44,688 nt of DNA from an uncultured Prevotella sp. (GTDB taxonomy: Bacteria; Bacteroidota; Bacteroidia; Bacteroidales; Bacteroidaceae), in contig CAZIKA010000001.1 of assembly GCA_964539705.1 (NCBI GenBank), positions 1-44,688 on the forward strand. The letters are read 5' to 3'. Shown in pieces: positions 27,136-37,215 of the stretch (position 1 is the first letter of the stretch; the number at the start of each line of letters is the position of its first letter). The notes below the pieces were generated by a model. The model ran no database searches. It saw only the letters and a list, made by a program, of their open reading frames with translations, and was not told the origin of the DNA. The translations under genes were made by a program, and so were the position numbers.

Positions 27136-28590
27136 TTATACCCCAAAGATTTCTTTCACCACCTCACGGTCGTCAAAGTGGTGCTTTACACCTTTCACCT
27201 CCTGATAGTCCTCATGACCTTTACCTGCAATGAGAATCACATCACCACGCTGGGCTAGCATACAAGCCGTACGAATAGCCTCCTTACGGTCCACAATACT
27301 AACAACTTTTTTCATTTGTTTCTGATCAAGACCAGCCAACATATCATTGATAATATCCTGTGGTTCCTCAAAACGAGGATTATCACTGGTAATGATAACA
27401 CGATCACTCTGCTTTACAGCCTCCTGAGCCATTAGCGGACGCTTTCCCTTATCACGATTTCCACCAGCACCACAGACCGTAATTATTTTTCCTTCCTTTC
27501 CATCAAGCACCTCATGAATAGCTTTCAATACATTTTCCAGTGCATCAGGGGTATGTGCATAGTCAACAACTGCCGTATAACCTTCTGGAGAGTGAATCGG
27601 CTCCAAACGACCAGCTACACTTTTTAAGGTACTAAGTACCAAAAGGATTTCCTCTGGTTTCTCACCTAGCATCACTGCTGCGCCATAGACAGCCAACAGA
27701 TTACTAACATTGAACTTTCCGATGAACTGCACACCAACCTCATGACCGTCTACTTCCAGATACATGCCTTCAAAATGGCACTCAATGATTCGAGCTTTAA
27801 AATCGGCCATTGTACGGATGCTATATGTCTTAACGGTAGCCTTGGTGTTCTGCACCATAAACATACCATTTTTATCATCAGCATTTGTGATAGCAAAAGC
27901 CCCCTTGGGCAGCATATCAAAGAAAGCCTTCTTAGCATCACGATAGTTCTCCACGGTCTTATGGTAGTCCAGATGATCGCGGGTCAAATTGGTAAAGATA
28001 CCGCCGGTGAACTTCAGACCACCAATACGCTTCTGTGCGATGGCATGACTGGAGCACTCCATAAACACATACTGACAACCAGCATCCACCATTCTGTGTA
28101 GCAACTGGTTGAGTTCTATGGGGTCAGGGGTTGTATGACTGGCAGGAACTGGTTCGTCTTCAATATAGTTACACACCGTTGACAGTAGACCACACTTATA
28201 GCCCAACTTACGGAACATATTATATAATAAGGTGGCAATGGTAGTCTTTCCATTGGTACCCGTCACGCCTACCAGTTTTAATTTTGATGTAGGATCACCA
28301 TGGAAGGTAGTAGCCACCAATCCTACAGTCGCCTCTGTTGATTCCACCTGCACATAGCATACCTCTGGATGACGTTCCTCCGGCATCTCCTCGCACAAAA
28401 CAGCCGAAGCGCCCAACTCAATGGCCTTCGGTATATATTGATGACCGTCTGTCTGAGTGCCTTTGATAGCCACAAACAGATGACCCTTGGCTACCTTGCG
28501 CGAATCGATATCAACATCTGTAATATCGGTATCGACAGCGCCTTCGATGGCCTTGACCGTTACATTTCTCAGTAGTTCTTCAAGTTTCAT
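27136..28590 (-). CDS. murE: UDP-N-acetylmuramoyl-L-alanyl-D-glutamate--2,6-diaminopimelate ligase
   Basis: [39 protein letters not shown] (DAP specificity), AGKGHE. Confidence 0.97.
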   Translation of the reverse strand: MKLEELLRNVTVKAIEGAVDTDITDVDIDSRKVAKGHLFVAIKGTQTDGHQYIPKAIELGASAVLCEEMPEERHPEVCYVQVESTEATVGLVATTFHGDPTSKLKLVGVTGTNGKTTIATLLYNMFRKLGYKCGLLSTVCNYIEDEPVPASHTTPDPIELNQLLHRMVDAGCQYVFMECSSHAIAQKRIGGLKFTGGIFTNLTRDHLDYHKTVENYRDAKKAFFDMLPKGAFAITNADDKNGMFMVQNTKATVKTYSIRTMADFKARIIECHFEGMYLEVDGHEVGVQFIGKFNVSNLLAVYGAAVMLGEKPEEILLVLSTLKSVAGRLEPIHSPEGYTAVVDYAHTPDALENVLKAIHEVLDGKEGKIITVCGAGGNRDKGKRPLMAQEAVKQSDRVIITSDNPRFEEPQDIINDMLAGLDQKQMKKVVSIVDRKEAIRTACMLAQRGDVILIAGKGHEDYQEVKGVKHHFDDREVVKEIFGV

Positions 28591-28602
28591 ATTTTCAGGT
28601 TA

Positions 28603-30732
28603 TTATTTTAATTCCAACGTACATACCATACCTGTATGGATGGCCGTACCAGGCGCTATATCCTGACGTGCCACATAGCCCATACCATGAAGTTTTACTT
28701 TGACACCCTGACGCTCTAGCTGATAGACAGCATCACGAGCGCCCATACCTATCACGTTAGGCATCTTGCCATCGACAACTTCCAGTTCTTCCAAAGGAAC
28801 ACGCTCCTTGTTGATTCCCAAACGATGCAGAACAACACTAGCGGCCTGATTGTCGCCTTTCAATACTGAAGGAACCATGACCGACGTAGAGTCATGAGCA
28901 TCAGCCACACTAAGCTTTAAACTCTTGGCCATCACCCCTTCTGAGATATGATGGAAGATACCACCCGACATCAGACCACCGGAAGCAGGCAGTCCCATCT
29001 TCTTAATACAGACGATACAAGTATACTGAGGATTATCCGAAGGGAAATAGCCACAGAACGATAGCCAGTATTCCACAGTACCCGTCTTATAGCCGCCTGC
29101 TTTTGCCACCTGAGCGGTACCCGTCTTACCAGACACCTGGAAGGAATGCGAGCCAGCTTTCTTTCCCAAGCCTTGACTGACTACATGACGCAGGATTGTC
29201 TGCATGGTCTTGATGGTCTGTGGCTTGGCTATCTGCTCCTTGATAACCTCGGGCTGTAGCTCTGCTATGACCTCACCATCTTTCATAAAGTTCTTCACAA
29301 AACGGGGACGCATCATTTTACCATTATTAGCAATAGCATTATAGAAAGTCACCGTATTGATTGGTGCTATCTGCGTCTCATAACCAATACTCATCCAAGG
29401 TAGCGTAGTCTTACTCCAATAGAGTTCCCTATTACTGGTCTTCGTATCTGGCATACGAATCTTCGGAGGCAGATAACCCACGATAGGGAGTTTCAAATCC
29501 TGGCCGATACCCACACGATAAAGCCCCTCAACATACTTCCTAGGATTAGAGCCATAGAACTTATCTATAACACAGCTCACGCCGATATTGCTACTCACCT
29601 CCAAAGTGCGGGCAACATTGATATCACCATAACCACCACGATGCCAGTTGTGGTCTTTCATCTTGGCACCATGCATCGGCATAATACCACTGCCTGTATG
29701 AATAACATAGCTGGTATCTACCACACCATCGTCCAAAGCCACGAGGAATGAGGCCACCTTAAACACCGATCCAGGTTCACAACGATAGCTAATAGCATCA
29801 TTGAAACGCTCATAATAATTTCCATTCTCAGAGCGTCGCATGTTGACGATGGCCTTTACATCACCTGTCTTCACCTCCATCAGAATGGTGACACCCATAG
29901 AAGCATCCCACTTCTTCAAGCCTTCAACCAGTGCCTGTTCGGCCAGGTCCTGCATACCTACATCAATAGTAGTCACAATATCACAACCATTAACAGGCGG
30001 CGTTACAGTAAATGGAATAATCTTATTGAGCACTTTCTGTTTGCGCTCATAACCATATTTTCCTCGGAGCAACGAGTCGTACGACAATTCAATACCAAAG
30101 CGCGCAGTATCCTTTCCACCTTCAAAACTGCGAATATCGCCAATGGTACGCTCTGCTAACGAACCAAACGGACGACGACGAGCCTCAAATTTCTCTGCAT
30201 GGAAGCCACCTTTGTTGGCAGGCAAATTGAAATAAGGCAGTTGCTGCACCTCACAATATGTGTTATAACTCAGACGCTTCGGCCAAACAGCCCAGTGACG
30301 CGCACCAACGGTACCATTCTTCAACTCTTTATGCCTACCCTCTTCCAGACGCGCCTTAAACTCCTCAGCAGAACGCTCAGGAAAGATATTGTTCAGACAG
30401 ATACAAAGTGTGTCAATATTAGCTTCCCATATACTATCGCGCTTACGCACCCAAGTCGTATCGGCATTGCCACCAGCTTGGTAGTCCATAAAGATTTTAT
30501 ATTCGGGAATACTACTGGCCAGCAACTGTCCATCGCAACTTAATATATTTCCACGATTTGGGCGCACGCTGTCACTATCGCTCTTCTGACGGTTGGCCAC
30601 AGTCTCCCAATACGATTTCTTTGCAGTCATCGTATAGCCAGCCTTGAAGACCACCCCCATTCCTATGAGGGTGAGGGCTACGGCAATAGCCAGATAGCGC
30701 GGCAGGACCTTATCACTCTTAAACTTACTCAT
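28603..30732 (-). CDS. ftsI: Class B penicillin-binding protein (FtsI/PBP3) with C-terminal PASTA-like domain
   Basis: RGNILS, EPGSVFK (SxxK), SSN (SxN), KTGTAQ; MPNVIGMGARDA PASTA-like tail. Confidence 0.9.
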   Translation of the reverse strand: MSKFKSDKVLPRYLAIAVALTLIGMGVVFKAGYTMTAKKSYWETVANRQKSDSDSVRPNRGNILSCDGQLLASSIPEYKIFMDYQAGGNADTTWVRKRDSIWEANIDTLCICLNNIFPERSAEEFKARLEEGRHKELKNGTVGARHWAVWPKRLSYNTYCEVQQLPYFNLPANKGGFHAEKFEARRRPFGSLAERTIGDIRSFEGGKDTARFGIELSYDSLLRGKYGYERKQKVLNKIIPFTVTPPVNGCDIVTTIDVGMQDLAEQALVEGLKKWDASMGVTILMEVKTGDVKAIVNMRRSENGNYYERFNDAISYRCEPGSVFKVASFLVALDDGVVDTSYVIHTGSGIMPMHGAKMKDHNWHRGGYGDINVARTLEVSSNIGVSCVIDKFYGSNPRKYVEGLYRVGIGQDLKLPIVGYLPPKIRMPDTKTSNRELYWSKTTLPWMSIGYETQIAPINTVTFYNAIANNGKMMRPRFVKNFMKDGEVIAELQPEVIKEQIAKPQTIKTMQTILRHVVSQGLGKKAGSHSFQVSGKTGTAQVAKAGGYKTGTVEYWLSFCGYFPSDNPQYTCIVCIKKMGLPASGGLMSGGIFHHISEGVMAKSLKLSVADAHDSTSVMVPSVLKGDNQAASVVLHRLGINKERVPLEELEVVDGKMPNVIGMGARDAVYQLERQGVKVKLHGMGYVARQDIAPGTAIHTGMVCTLELK

Positions 30733-30745
30733 TACACTTCACTTC

Positions 30746-31279
30746 TCAATCTTCAGGCACTTCAATGATATAGGGTGGTTGGTCACTCAACTGTAACAGC
30801 GTGTCCTGATTCTCATGAAGAGCTTTCAACACATTACTCTGACGACACAACTCTGTGAGGTTACTAGAACTTGACAGCGCTCTGTATTTTGCATCAACCA
30901 GTTTCTTCTCCATCTGATCTATCTCTATCACATCCTGCTCACACTGATAGCGAACACCGACATAGAAAACGAGAAAGAATACGATAAAGAGAATCAACAG
31001 GATATGATGACGCACTAAAGCAAACAGGTAATCACCGCCTACAATCTGTTTCAATGACAAAGAGCCAACAGGTGCTTCATCATCCTCGCTAGCAGACTCC
31101 TTAATACGTTTTAGGGCAGCCGACGACTCCGATTCAGTTCGAGTCTTTTGTTTAGGTGCTGTCGTCTCATCTTTCTCTACAACAGCATCATCGGCAGGTG
31201 CGATTAATTCCATTTTTTCAGGTTCCGCACCAGTCTCTATAATCATCTCTACTTCATTATGTTCGTCTTTCTTCATCAC
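30746..31279 (-). CDS. ftsL: FtsL-like cell division protein
   Basis: Single TM followed by a coiled coil; lies between rsmH and ftsI. Confidence 0.75.
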   Translation of the reverse strand: MMKKDEHNEVEMIIETGAEPEKMELIAPADDAVVEKDETTAPKQKTRTESESSAALKRIKESASEDDEAPVGSLSLKQIVGGDYLFALVRHHILLILFIVFFLVFYVGVRYQCEQDVIEIDQMEKKLVDAKYRALSSSSNLTELCRQSNVLKALHENQDTLLQLSDQPPYIIEVPED

Positions 31280-32193
31280 TTATTCTTTTCAGCTATTCTC
31301 AACTTCGCACTACGACTACGTGGGTTTGCCACCAATTCCTCATCCGAAGGCACTATCACCCTATTACTAATAAGGTGTAAGGGAGATTTCGTCTGTCCAA
31401 AGAAATCCTGTTCCGCCTTTCCCTCTGCATTGCCAGCGCGCATCATATTTTTCACAATACGGTCTTCCAACGAGTGATAGGTAATCACACTCAACCGACC
31501 ACCTGGCTTCAATAGTTCACAGGCTCCTAGCAACATCTCCATAAGGGCGTCCATCTCATGATTCACCTCTATGCGGAGTGCCTGGAAAAGCTTGGTCATT
31601 TCCTTTTTCTCACGCTCTCTGGCAAACAGCTTTTCTGTCAGTTCCATCAGTTGTCCAGTCGTCTGTATCGGGCGCTCCTGACGGGCCTTCACCAGCAAAG
31701 AAGCAATCTTACGTGCATTCTTAAGTTCGCCATAGAGGTAAAACACATCCGAGAGTTGTTCCTCTGTATAGTTATTCAGCACATCAGCGGCAGTCATCCC
31801 AGCCCGTTTGTTCATGCGCATATCCAGCGGAGCATCAAACCGGAATGAGAATCCACGCGACTCGTCATCAAAGTGATGAGACGACACCCCCAAATCGGCG
31901 AGCAGACCATCCAACCCCTCTACTTCATAATAGCGCATCCAGTTCTTCAGATATCTAAAGTTACTACGCACAAACGTGAATCTATCATCATTCACGATAT
32001 TTAACTCAGCATCGGCGTCTTGGTCAAATCCATACAAATGGCCGTGAGTCCCCAATCGACCGAGGATTTCCTTGGAATGACCGCCACCACCAAAGGTAAC
32101 GTCCACATAAACGCCGTCGGGCCGGATATCCAGCCCGTCAACGCTCTCCTTTAAAAGGACCGATACGTGATAAGTCTCTGCTGTCTTTATCAT
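31276..32193 (-). CDS. rsmH: 16S rRNA m4C1402 methyltransferase
   Basis: DVTFGGGGHS, DLGVSS, PLDMRM, FQALRIEVN, YHSLEDR, NPRSRSAKLR. Confidence 0.97.
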   Translation of the reverse strand: MIKTAETYHVSVLLKESVDGLDIRPDGVYVDVTFGGGGHSKEILGRLGTHGHLYGFDQDADAELNIVNDDRFTFVRSNFRYLKNWMRYYEVEGLDGLLADLGVSSHHFDDESRGFSFRFDAPLDMRMNKRAGMTAADVLNNYTEEQLSDVFYLYGELKNARKIASLLVKARQERPIQTTGQLMELTEKLFAREREKKEMTKLFQALRIEVNHEMDALMEMLLGACELLKPGGRLSVITYHSLEDRIVKNMMRAGNAEGKAEQDFFGQTKSPLHLISNRVIVPSDEELVANPRSRSAKLRIAEKNK

Positions 32194-32198
32194 CTCCG

Positions 32199-32648
32199 TC
32201 AGTGGCCGCTTGTCATTATGGCTTTCAGTTTCTCCGCAAACTCTTCTTGCGGCAAGAATGGCTGCTGAGTCTTTTCAACTGCCCATATCTCAATGGCATC
32301 ATTGACACCTATGAACCTTACACCTTGCACAATATCGGCCATCTGCAGATAGCGCTTCGGTATCAGAAAACGACCGTTCCCATCCAGCGATAGCACCTCT
32401 GCCTCAGACACATACTGACGGAGCACCTGTTGCCCCATATCATCCCATTCACTTATTTTTTCCAAAAGTGCATCCATACGGCGATTCCAAGTACTCTCTG
32501 GATAAAGCACAAGACAACGCTGATGCACATCCTTGCGCATCACCAACACCTCCTCGCCGGCTACCTGCAATACCTTGCGGAATCCTGCAGGCAGAAAAAC
32601 ACGGCCTTTGGCGTCTGTCTTGGCTTCAATATTACCTAAAAATCGCAT
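32199..32648 (-). CDS. mraZ: Transcriptional regulator MraZ
   Basis: DAKGRVFLP and DGNGRFLIP (DxxGR) motifs; start set at ATG 32648 (MRFLGNIE), downstream of the promoter. Confidence 0.93.
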   Translation of the reverse strand: MRFLGNIEAKTDAKGRVFLPAGFRKVLQVAGEEVLVMRKDVHQRCLVLYPESTWNRRMDALLEKISEWDDMGQQVLRQYVSEAEVLSLDGNGRFLIPKRYLQMADIVQGVRFIGVNDAIEIWAVEKTQQPFLPQEEFAEKLKAIMTSGH

Positions 32649-32678
32649 ACGAACATTATTTATATGGGAGTTTGCGTG

Positions 32679-32721
32679 CAAAGGTAAACAATTTCCTCCA
32701 CAACCCTCCACATTTCCCCAC
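32679..32721 (-). promoter_or_regulatory. dcw promoter with three MraZ boxes
   Basis: TACCTTTG at 32679-32686 on the minus strand; GTGG repeated at 10-bp period (CCAC at 32698, 32708, 32718). Confidence 0.8.
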
Positions 32722-32835
32722 TTTTTTTATATGTTACTTGCAATTTTAACATTTCGAAATAAAAGTACACTTGGTTTGCGAGGGGACAAAGAAGCAAAAC
32801 AACACATGGAAAATTATTAATTTTCTTAAAAAAAC

Positions 32836-32865
32836 TTTGAAACTGAAAGATTTTCAGTAATTTTG
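32836..32865 (+). promoter_or_regulatory. Promoter for the acyltransferase pair
   Basis: TTTG at 32836-32839 and TAATTTTG at 32858-32865. Confidence 0.6.
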
Positions 32866-32910
32866 CACGTAATTACGAAAATTGGCGGCTTTTATTCGAC
32901 AGAGAAAGGC

Positions 32911-33729
32911 ATGGAGAAGACCATAGACATAGACAAAATTCTAAAAGGCAAGATGGGCAAAAAGGCTCGTTGGGTGCCACGACCGCTGATATGGTGGTTG
33001 AAACATATTGTCCACGAAGATCAGATCAATGACCATCTATGGAAAGCTCGCGATTTGAAAGGAACCCCATGGCTCAAAGCCACATTGGATTACCTAAAGG
33101 TAGCTATCAAGGTTAAAGGTTTGGAAAACCTGCCTGACAAAGACGATCCCAAACGCTACACTTTCGTCAGCAATCACCCCTTGGGCGGCATTGACGGCAT
33201 CGCTATCGGATCTGTTATCGGAGAGCACTACAATGACAATTTTCGCTATCTTGTTAACGACTTACTGATGAATCTGCCAGGACTAGCGCCACTCTGCATC
33301 CCTATCAACAAGACCGGTAAGAACGGACGCGACTTCCCTGCAATGGTAGAAGCCGGATTTAAAGGCGACACACACATCTTGATGTTTCCTGCAGGTCTCT
33401 GCTCACGCAAACGCAACGGCAATATTTGCGATCTGGAATGGAAGAAAACATTTATTACCAAGAGTGTAGAGACTCATCGCGACATAGTGCCCATCTATTT
33501 CGAGGGTCACAATAGTAACTTTTTCTATCGTCTTTCAAACATCAGCGACCGCTATGTCAAGAAAATCAACATTGCCATGCTTTTCTTGTCCGACGAAATG
33601 TTCAAGAATACAGGTCACACCTTTACCATCACCTTCGGAAAGCCAATTCCATGGCAGACCTTCAATAGTGAGAAATCACCGATAGAATGGGCAAAATTTG
33701 TCAAAGAAGAAGTCTACAAACTATCTTAA
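32911..33729 (+). CDS. glsA: PlsC-like acyltransferase, probable glycine-lipid O-acyltransferase (GlsA-like)
   Basis: NHPLGGID (NHx4-5D) and FPAG motifs; paired with an N-acyltransferase next to mraZ; ATG 32911 preferred. Confidence 0.7.
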   Translation: MEKTIDIDKILKGKMGKKARWVPRPLIWWLKHIVHEDQINDHLWKARDLKGTPWLKATLDYLKVAIKVKGLENLPDKDDPKRYTFVSNHPLGGIDGIAIGSVIGEHYNDNFRYLVNDLLMNLPGLAPLCIPINKTGKNGRDFPAMVEAGFKGDTHILMFPAGLCSRKRNGNICDLEWKKTFITKSVETHRDIVPIYFEGHNSNFFYRLSNISDRYVKKINIAMLFLSDEMFKNTGHTFTITFGKPIPWQTFNSEKSPIEWAKFVKEEVYKLS

Positions 33730-33756
33730 AATAAAAAAGCAAACATCATAAAGATC

Positions 33757-34746
33757 ATGGAACAACCTATCATCGACCCGATTCCCGTCGAAGTGCTTAA
33801 AGCGGAACTGAAGCCTGAATTTCAGTTGCGCATGACCAACAAGAGCAACAATAAAATCTACATCATCACAGCACACAATGCACCCAACGTGATGAGAGAG
33901 ATTGGTCGCCTACGCGAGATAGCTTTCCGCGAAGCGGGAGGTGGCACTGGCAAAGAAGTGGACATCGATGAGTTTGACACTTGCGATAACTGCTACAAGC
34001 AACTCATTGTTTGGAATCCAGAGGCCGAGGAGATTATTGGCGGCTACCGTTATTTGGAAGGCAACAAGTGGGAAATGGACGAGAATGGCCAGCCCATATT
34101 AGCCACCAGCCACATGTTCCATTTCTCCGAGAAATTTTTGCGTGATTATATGCCCTATACCATTGAACTCGGACGCTCCTTCGTGAGTCTGCCTTATCAG
34201 AGTTCAAAGATGGGGGCCAAGAGTCTGTTTGCACTTGATAACTTATGGGACGGTTTGGGCGCCTTGACAGTCATCATGCCCAACGTGAAATATTTCTTCG
34301 GCAAGATGACCATGTACCCCAGCTACATCCGCGAAGGTCGCGACATGATACTCTATTTCCTGAAGAAACATTTCGACGACAAAGAAGGGCTAGTCATACC
34401 TACAAAACCCCTCAAGATAGAGACAGACGAAAAGGAGCTTGCAGCCATCTTCACTGAGGACGACTTTAAAGAAGACTACCGCATCCTGAACCAGCGCATC
34501 CGTTCCTTAGGCTACAACATTCCGCCATTGGTGAATGCCTACATGAGCCTGTCACCCACCATGAAGCTCTTTGGTACCGCTATCAACTATGGTTTTGGTG
34601 ATGTCGAAGAGACAGGCATTCTCATTGCCATGGACGAAGTGTTGGAAGAGAAGCGCGTTCGTCATATTGACTCCTTCATCAAAGAGCATCCCGAAGCCTT
34701 GAAGATTACCAGTGGTGCCAACAAAATTATCTACAAGGAGAAGTAA
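33757..34746 (+). CDS. glsB: GNAT_5/OlsB-like N-acyltransferase, probable glycine N-acyltransferase (GlsB-like)
   Basis: EIGRLREIAFR..GGGTG..DIDEFD, IIGGYR, IELGRSFV, LWDGL, IPPLVNAY. Confidence 0.75.
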   Translation: MEQPIIDPIPVEVLKAELKPEFQLRMTNKSNNKIYIITAHNAPNVMREIGRLREIAFREAGGGTGKEVDIDEFDTCDNCYKQLIVWNPEAEEIIGGYRYLEGNKWEMDENGQPILATSHMFHFSEKFLRDYMPYTIELGRSFVSLPYQSSKMGAKSLFALDNLWDGLGALTVIMPNVKYFFGKMTMYPSYIREGRDMILYFLKKHFDDKEGLVIPTKPLKIETDEKELAAIFTEDDFKEDYRILNQRIRSLGYNIPPLVNAYMSLSPTMKLFGTAINYGFGDVEETGILIAMDEVLEEKRVRHIDSFIKEHPEALKITSGANKIIYKEK

Positions 34747-34748
34747 GA

Positions 34749-36089
34749 TTAGATAATAGGCAGCGAGATACCGCAAATCTTCTGATACACATCCAGCGCA
34801 TAGACATCTGTCATACCTGTGATATAGTCTATGACAGCCATGAGGCGTGTCTCTAAATCTTCATTGTCTATGTCATACTGGCTGCTCACACGACCGATGA
34901 GTTGCTGAGAGTAATAGCGTTCCGGATGTTCTATTGCCTCAACCATCAGTTCCATCAGCGTAGCCATGATACGATAACCAGAGAGTTCTACATCCAAGAC
35001 TGGTCGACTCTTATAGATACGAGCCATCGACACTTTTGTGCAGGCCTTATAGGCATCACGCTGAAGAGGTGATACATGATCTATCAGCGATCCCTCAAAT
35101 ATCCCCTCAAGAATCTCTTCCTCGTGTTCCAAGAAAGTCTTTACGCATTCATTCTCCAATTTTCCTATCACACATGCACGCATATACTGCACCTTCTCAT
35201 TGGTATCCGTGAGGTGTTCATCACTGATACGCTCTCGAATACGATTTTGTTCGATTTCATCGAAGAATGACAACATCATCGAGGTCGTCTCTTCAAACGT
35301 CAGGATCTTAAGTTTGAAAGCATCCTCAAGATCCATAATCTCATAGCATATATCATCGGCAGCCTCCACCAGATAAACCAGCGGATAGCGAGCCCACCGT
35401 TCCTTTCCTTTCTCAGTCTGTAACTTCGGTATGTCCAAACGATCTGCCAACATCTCATAGTGTTCACGCTCCGATTCAAAGAATCCGAACTTATTCTTGG
35501 TAGCCGCAATCGACGGGAAAGGGTATTTTACGATACTAGCCAGTGTACTATAAGTCATAGCAAAGCCTCCCTGACGTCTGCCTTTGAAGCTATGCGTCAG
35601 CAGACGAAACGCATTGGCATTACCATCAAAACGTGTGATATCGCTCCAGAACTCTGGCGACACACGCTCTTTCAGATAGTTACCCTTCCCCTCAATAAAG
35701 AAGGACTGGATAGCCTTTTCACCAGAATGGCCGAAAGGTGGATTTCCCAGGTCGTGAGCCAAACAAGCCGTAGCCACTATCTGCCCTAACTCAGGTATCA
35801 AAGTATCGATGAAATCGCGGTTTTTTGCGCACAGATATCTAGCCACATCATTACCCAGCGACATACCCACACTCGCCACCTCAAGCGAATGGGTCAGTCG
35901 GTTATGCACAAAGACACTACCCGGCAAAGGGAACACCTGTGTCTTATTCTGTAGCCTGCGAAATGGGGCCGAAAAAATCAGTCGGTCGTAATCGCGTTTA
36001 AACTCTGTGCGGTCATCATGCCGCTCCAAATGCCGATGCTCCTGTCCTAAGCGACAGTTGGATATCAAATTCTCCCAATTCATTCTCAT
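34749..36089 (-). CDS. dgt: Deoxyguanosinetriphosphate triphosphohydrolase (HD family)
   Basis: FRRLQNKTQVF, HNRLTHSLEV, AHDLGNPPFGHSGE, EAADDICY, DYITGMTD; start at 36089 or 36083. Confidence 0.93.
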   Translation of the reverse strand: MRMNWENLISNCRLGQEHRHLERHDDRTEFKRDYDRLIFSAPFRRLQNKTQVFPLPGSVFVHNRLTHSLEVASVGMSLGNDVARYLCAKNRDFIDTLIPELGQIVATACLAHDLGNPPFGHSGEKAIQSFFIEGKGNYLKERVSPEFWSDITRFDGNANAFRLLTHSFKGRRQGGFAMTYSTLASIVKYPFPSIAATKNKFGFFESEREHYEMLADRLDIPKLQTEKGKERWARYPLVYLVEAADDICYEIMDLEDAFKLKILTFEETTSMMLSFFDEIEQNRIRERISDEHLTDTNEKVQYMRACVIGKLENECVKTFLEHEEEILEGIFEGSLIDHVSPLQRDAYKACTKVSMARIYKSRPVLDVELSGYRIMATLMELMVEAIEHPERYYSQQLIGRVSSQYDIDNEDLETRLMAVIDYITGMTDVYALDVYQKICGISLPII

Positions 36090-36095
36090 AGTGTG

Positions 36096-36174
36096 CAAAG
36101 TTACGAAAAGTATTTATAAATAACGATAAAAAGCGAAAAAACTGTTTTTGTTTAATCTATTTTTCGTAACTTTG
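36096..36174. promoter_or_regulatory. Divergent promoters for dgt (-) and the DMT transporter (+)
   Basis: TAACTTTG on the minus strand at 36096-36103 and on the plus strand at 36167-36174. Confidence 0.7.
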
Positions 36175-36183
36175 CCATCCGAT

Positions 36184-37116
36184 ATGACAAAAACCAGTAT
36201 TTTCCAGCGCCCGATATGGGCTGCCATCTTTGCTTTTACGGCAGCATTTCTGTGGGGATGGGCTTATCCGCTCATCAAACTTGGTTTTGTCGAGTTTAAC
36301 ATCACAACAGAGATGACAGGCAGCAAGATGCTGTTTGCCGGCATCCGTTTTTTCATTTCGGGCATCATCATCCTTTCTGTCGCCCACATAGCCAATCGGT
36401 CGTTTAAACTCAAGGAAAGGGCAAAAGCGAACATCTTGTGGAGTTGCCTATTCTTACTGGCGTTTACGTTACTGAACACAACACTGCATTACGCATGTTT
36501 CTACATAGGTTTATCGCATAGCCAGGGGAGTCGAGCTGCCATTTTGAACTCACTAAGTGTGTTCGTGTTGGTCATCCTTGCCTGCACGTTCTTCAAAAGC
36601 GACAAACTGACCCTTAGGAAAGTGGCAGGATGTACCATCGGTTTTGCGGGCATTCTCTCGCTTAACTTAGGTGGTGGTGATAGCGGAGCATTTACTCTAC
36701 TTGGCGACGGCATGATCATCCTCAATGCGCTTTGCGGCGCCTGCGCAGGACTCATGACAAGAGGCGTTGGCCAACGGGTAGATGTGTTTGTTGGAACAGG
36801 GTTAAGTCTTGGCATCGGTGGTGCCTTGCTAGTGATACCAGGTCTATTGATGGGTGGTACATTGCCACATATTACCTTTTTAGGTCTCCTCTATCTATTG
36901 ATGCTCATCGGCATCTCCACCATTGGCTTTACGCTCTACAATAAGCTGCTGACATGTAATCCTGTAGGCAAGATAGCTATTTGGAACTCACTGATACCCG
37001 TCGTAGGAGCCGTCACCTCTTGTCTTTGCCTCTATGAGCCGTTCGAATGGAAGTACGCTGCAGCTGCTACGCTGACAACTGCCGGCATCTATATTATCAA
37101 CAAAGGCAAGAAATAA
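36184..37116 (+). CDS. DMT/EamA family transporter
   Basis: About 10 TM segments; LWGWAYPLIK, FAGIRF and GDGMIILNAL motifs; ATG 36184 lies downstream of the promoter. Confidence 0.88.
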   Translation: MTKTSIFQRPIWAAIFAFTAAFLWGWAYPLIKLGFVEFNITTEMTGSKMLFAGIRFFISGIIILSVAHIANRSFKLKERAKANILWSCLFLLAFTLLNTTLHYACFYIGLSHSQGSRAAILNSLSVFVLVILACTFFKSDKLTLRKVAGCTIGFAGILSLNLGGGDSGAFTLLGDGMIILNALCGACAGLMTRGVGQRVDVFVGTGLSLGIGGALLVIPGLLMGGTLPHITFLGLLYLLMLIGISTIGFTLYNKLLTCNPVGKIAIWNSLIPVVGAVTSCLCLYEPFEWKYAAAATLTTAGIYIINKGKK

Positions 37117-37181
37117 AAACGCCAATCTGCAAAAATATATAAAATAAACATCAACATGATGGCTATTTAAAGAGAAATGCG

Positions 37182-37189
37182 TAATTTTG
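37182..37189 (+). promoter_or_regulatory. -7 promoter element for the dut operon
   Basis: TAATTTTG upstream of the A-rich dut leader. Confidence 0.6.
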
Positions 37190-37215
37190 CAAGCTAAAAT
37201 AAAAATAATATAAGA

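Noticed and set aside
32649-32711. N-terminal extension of MraZ
   Set aside because: Covers the promoter and the MraZ boxes.
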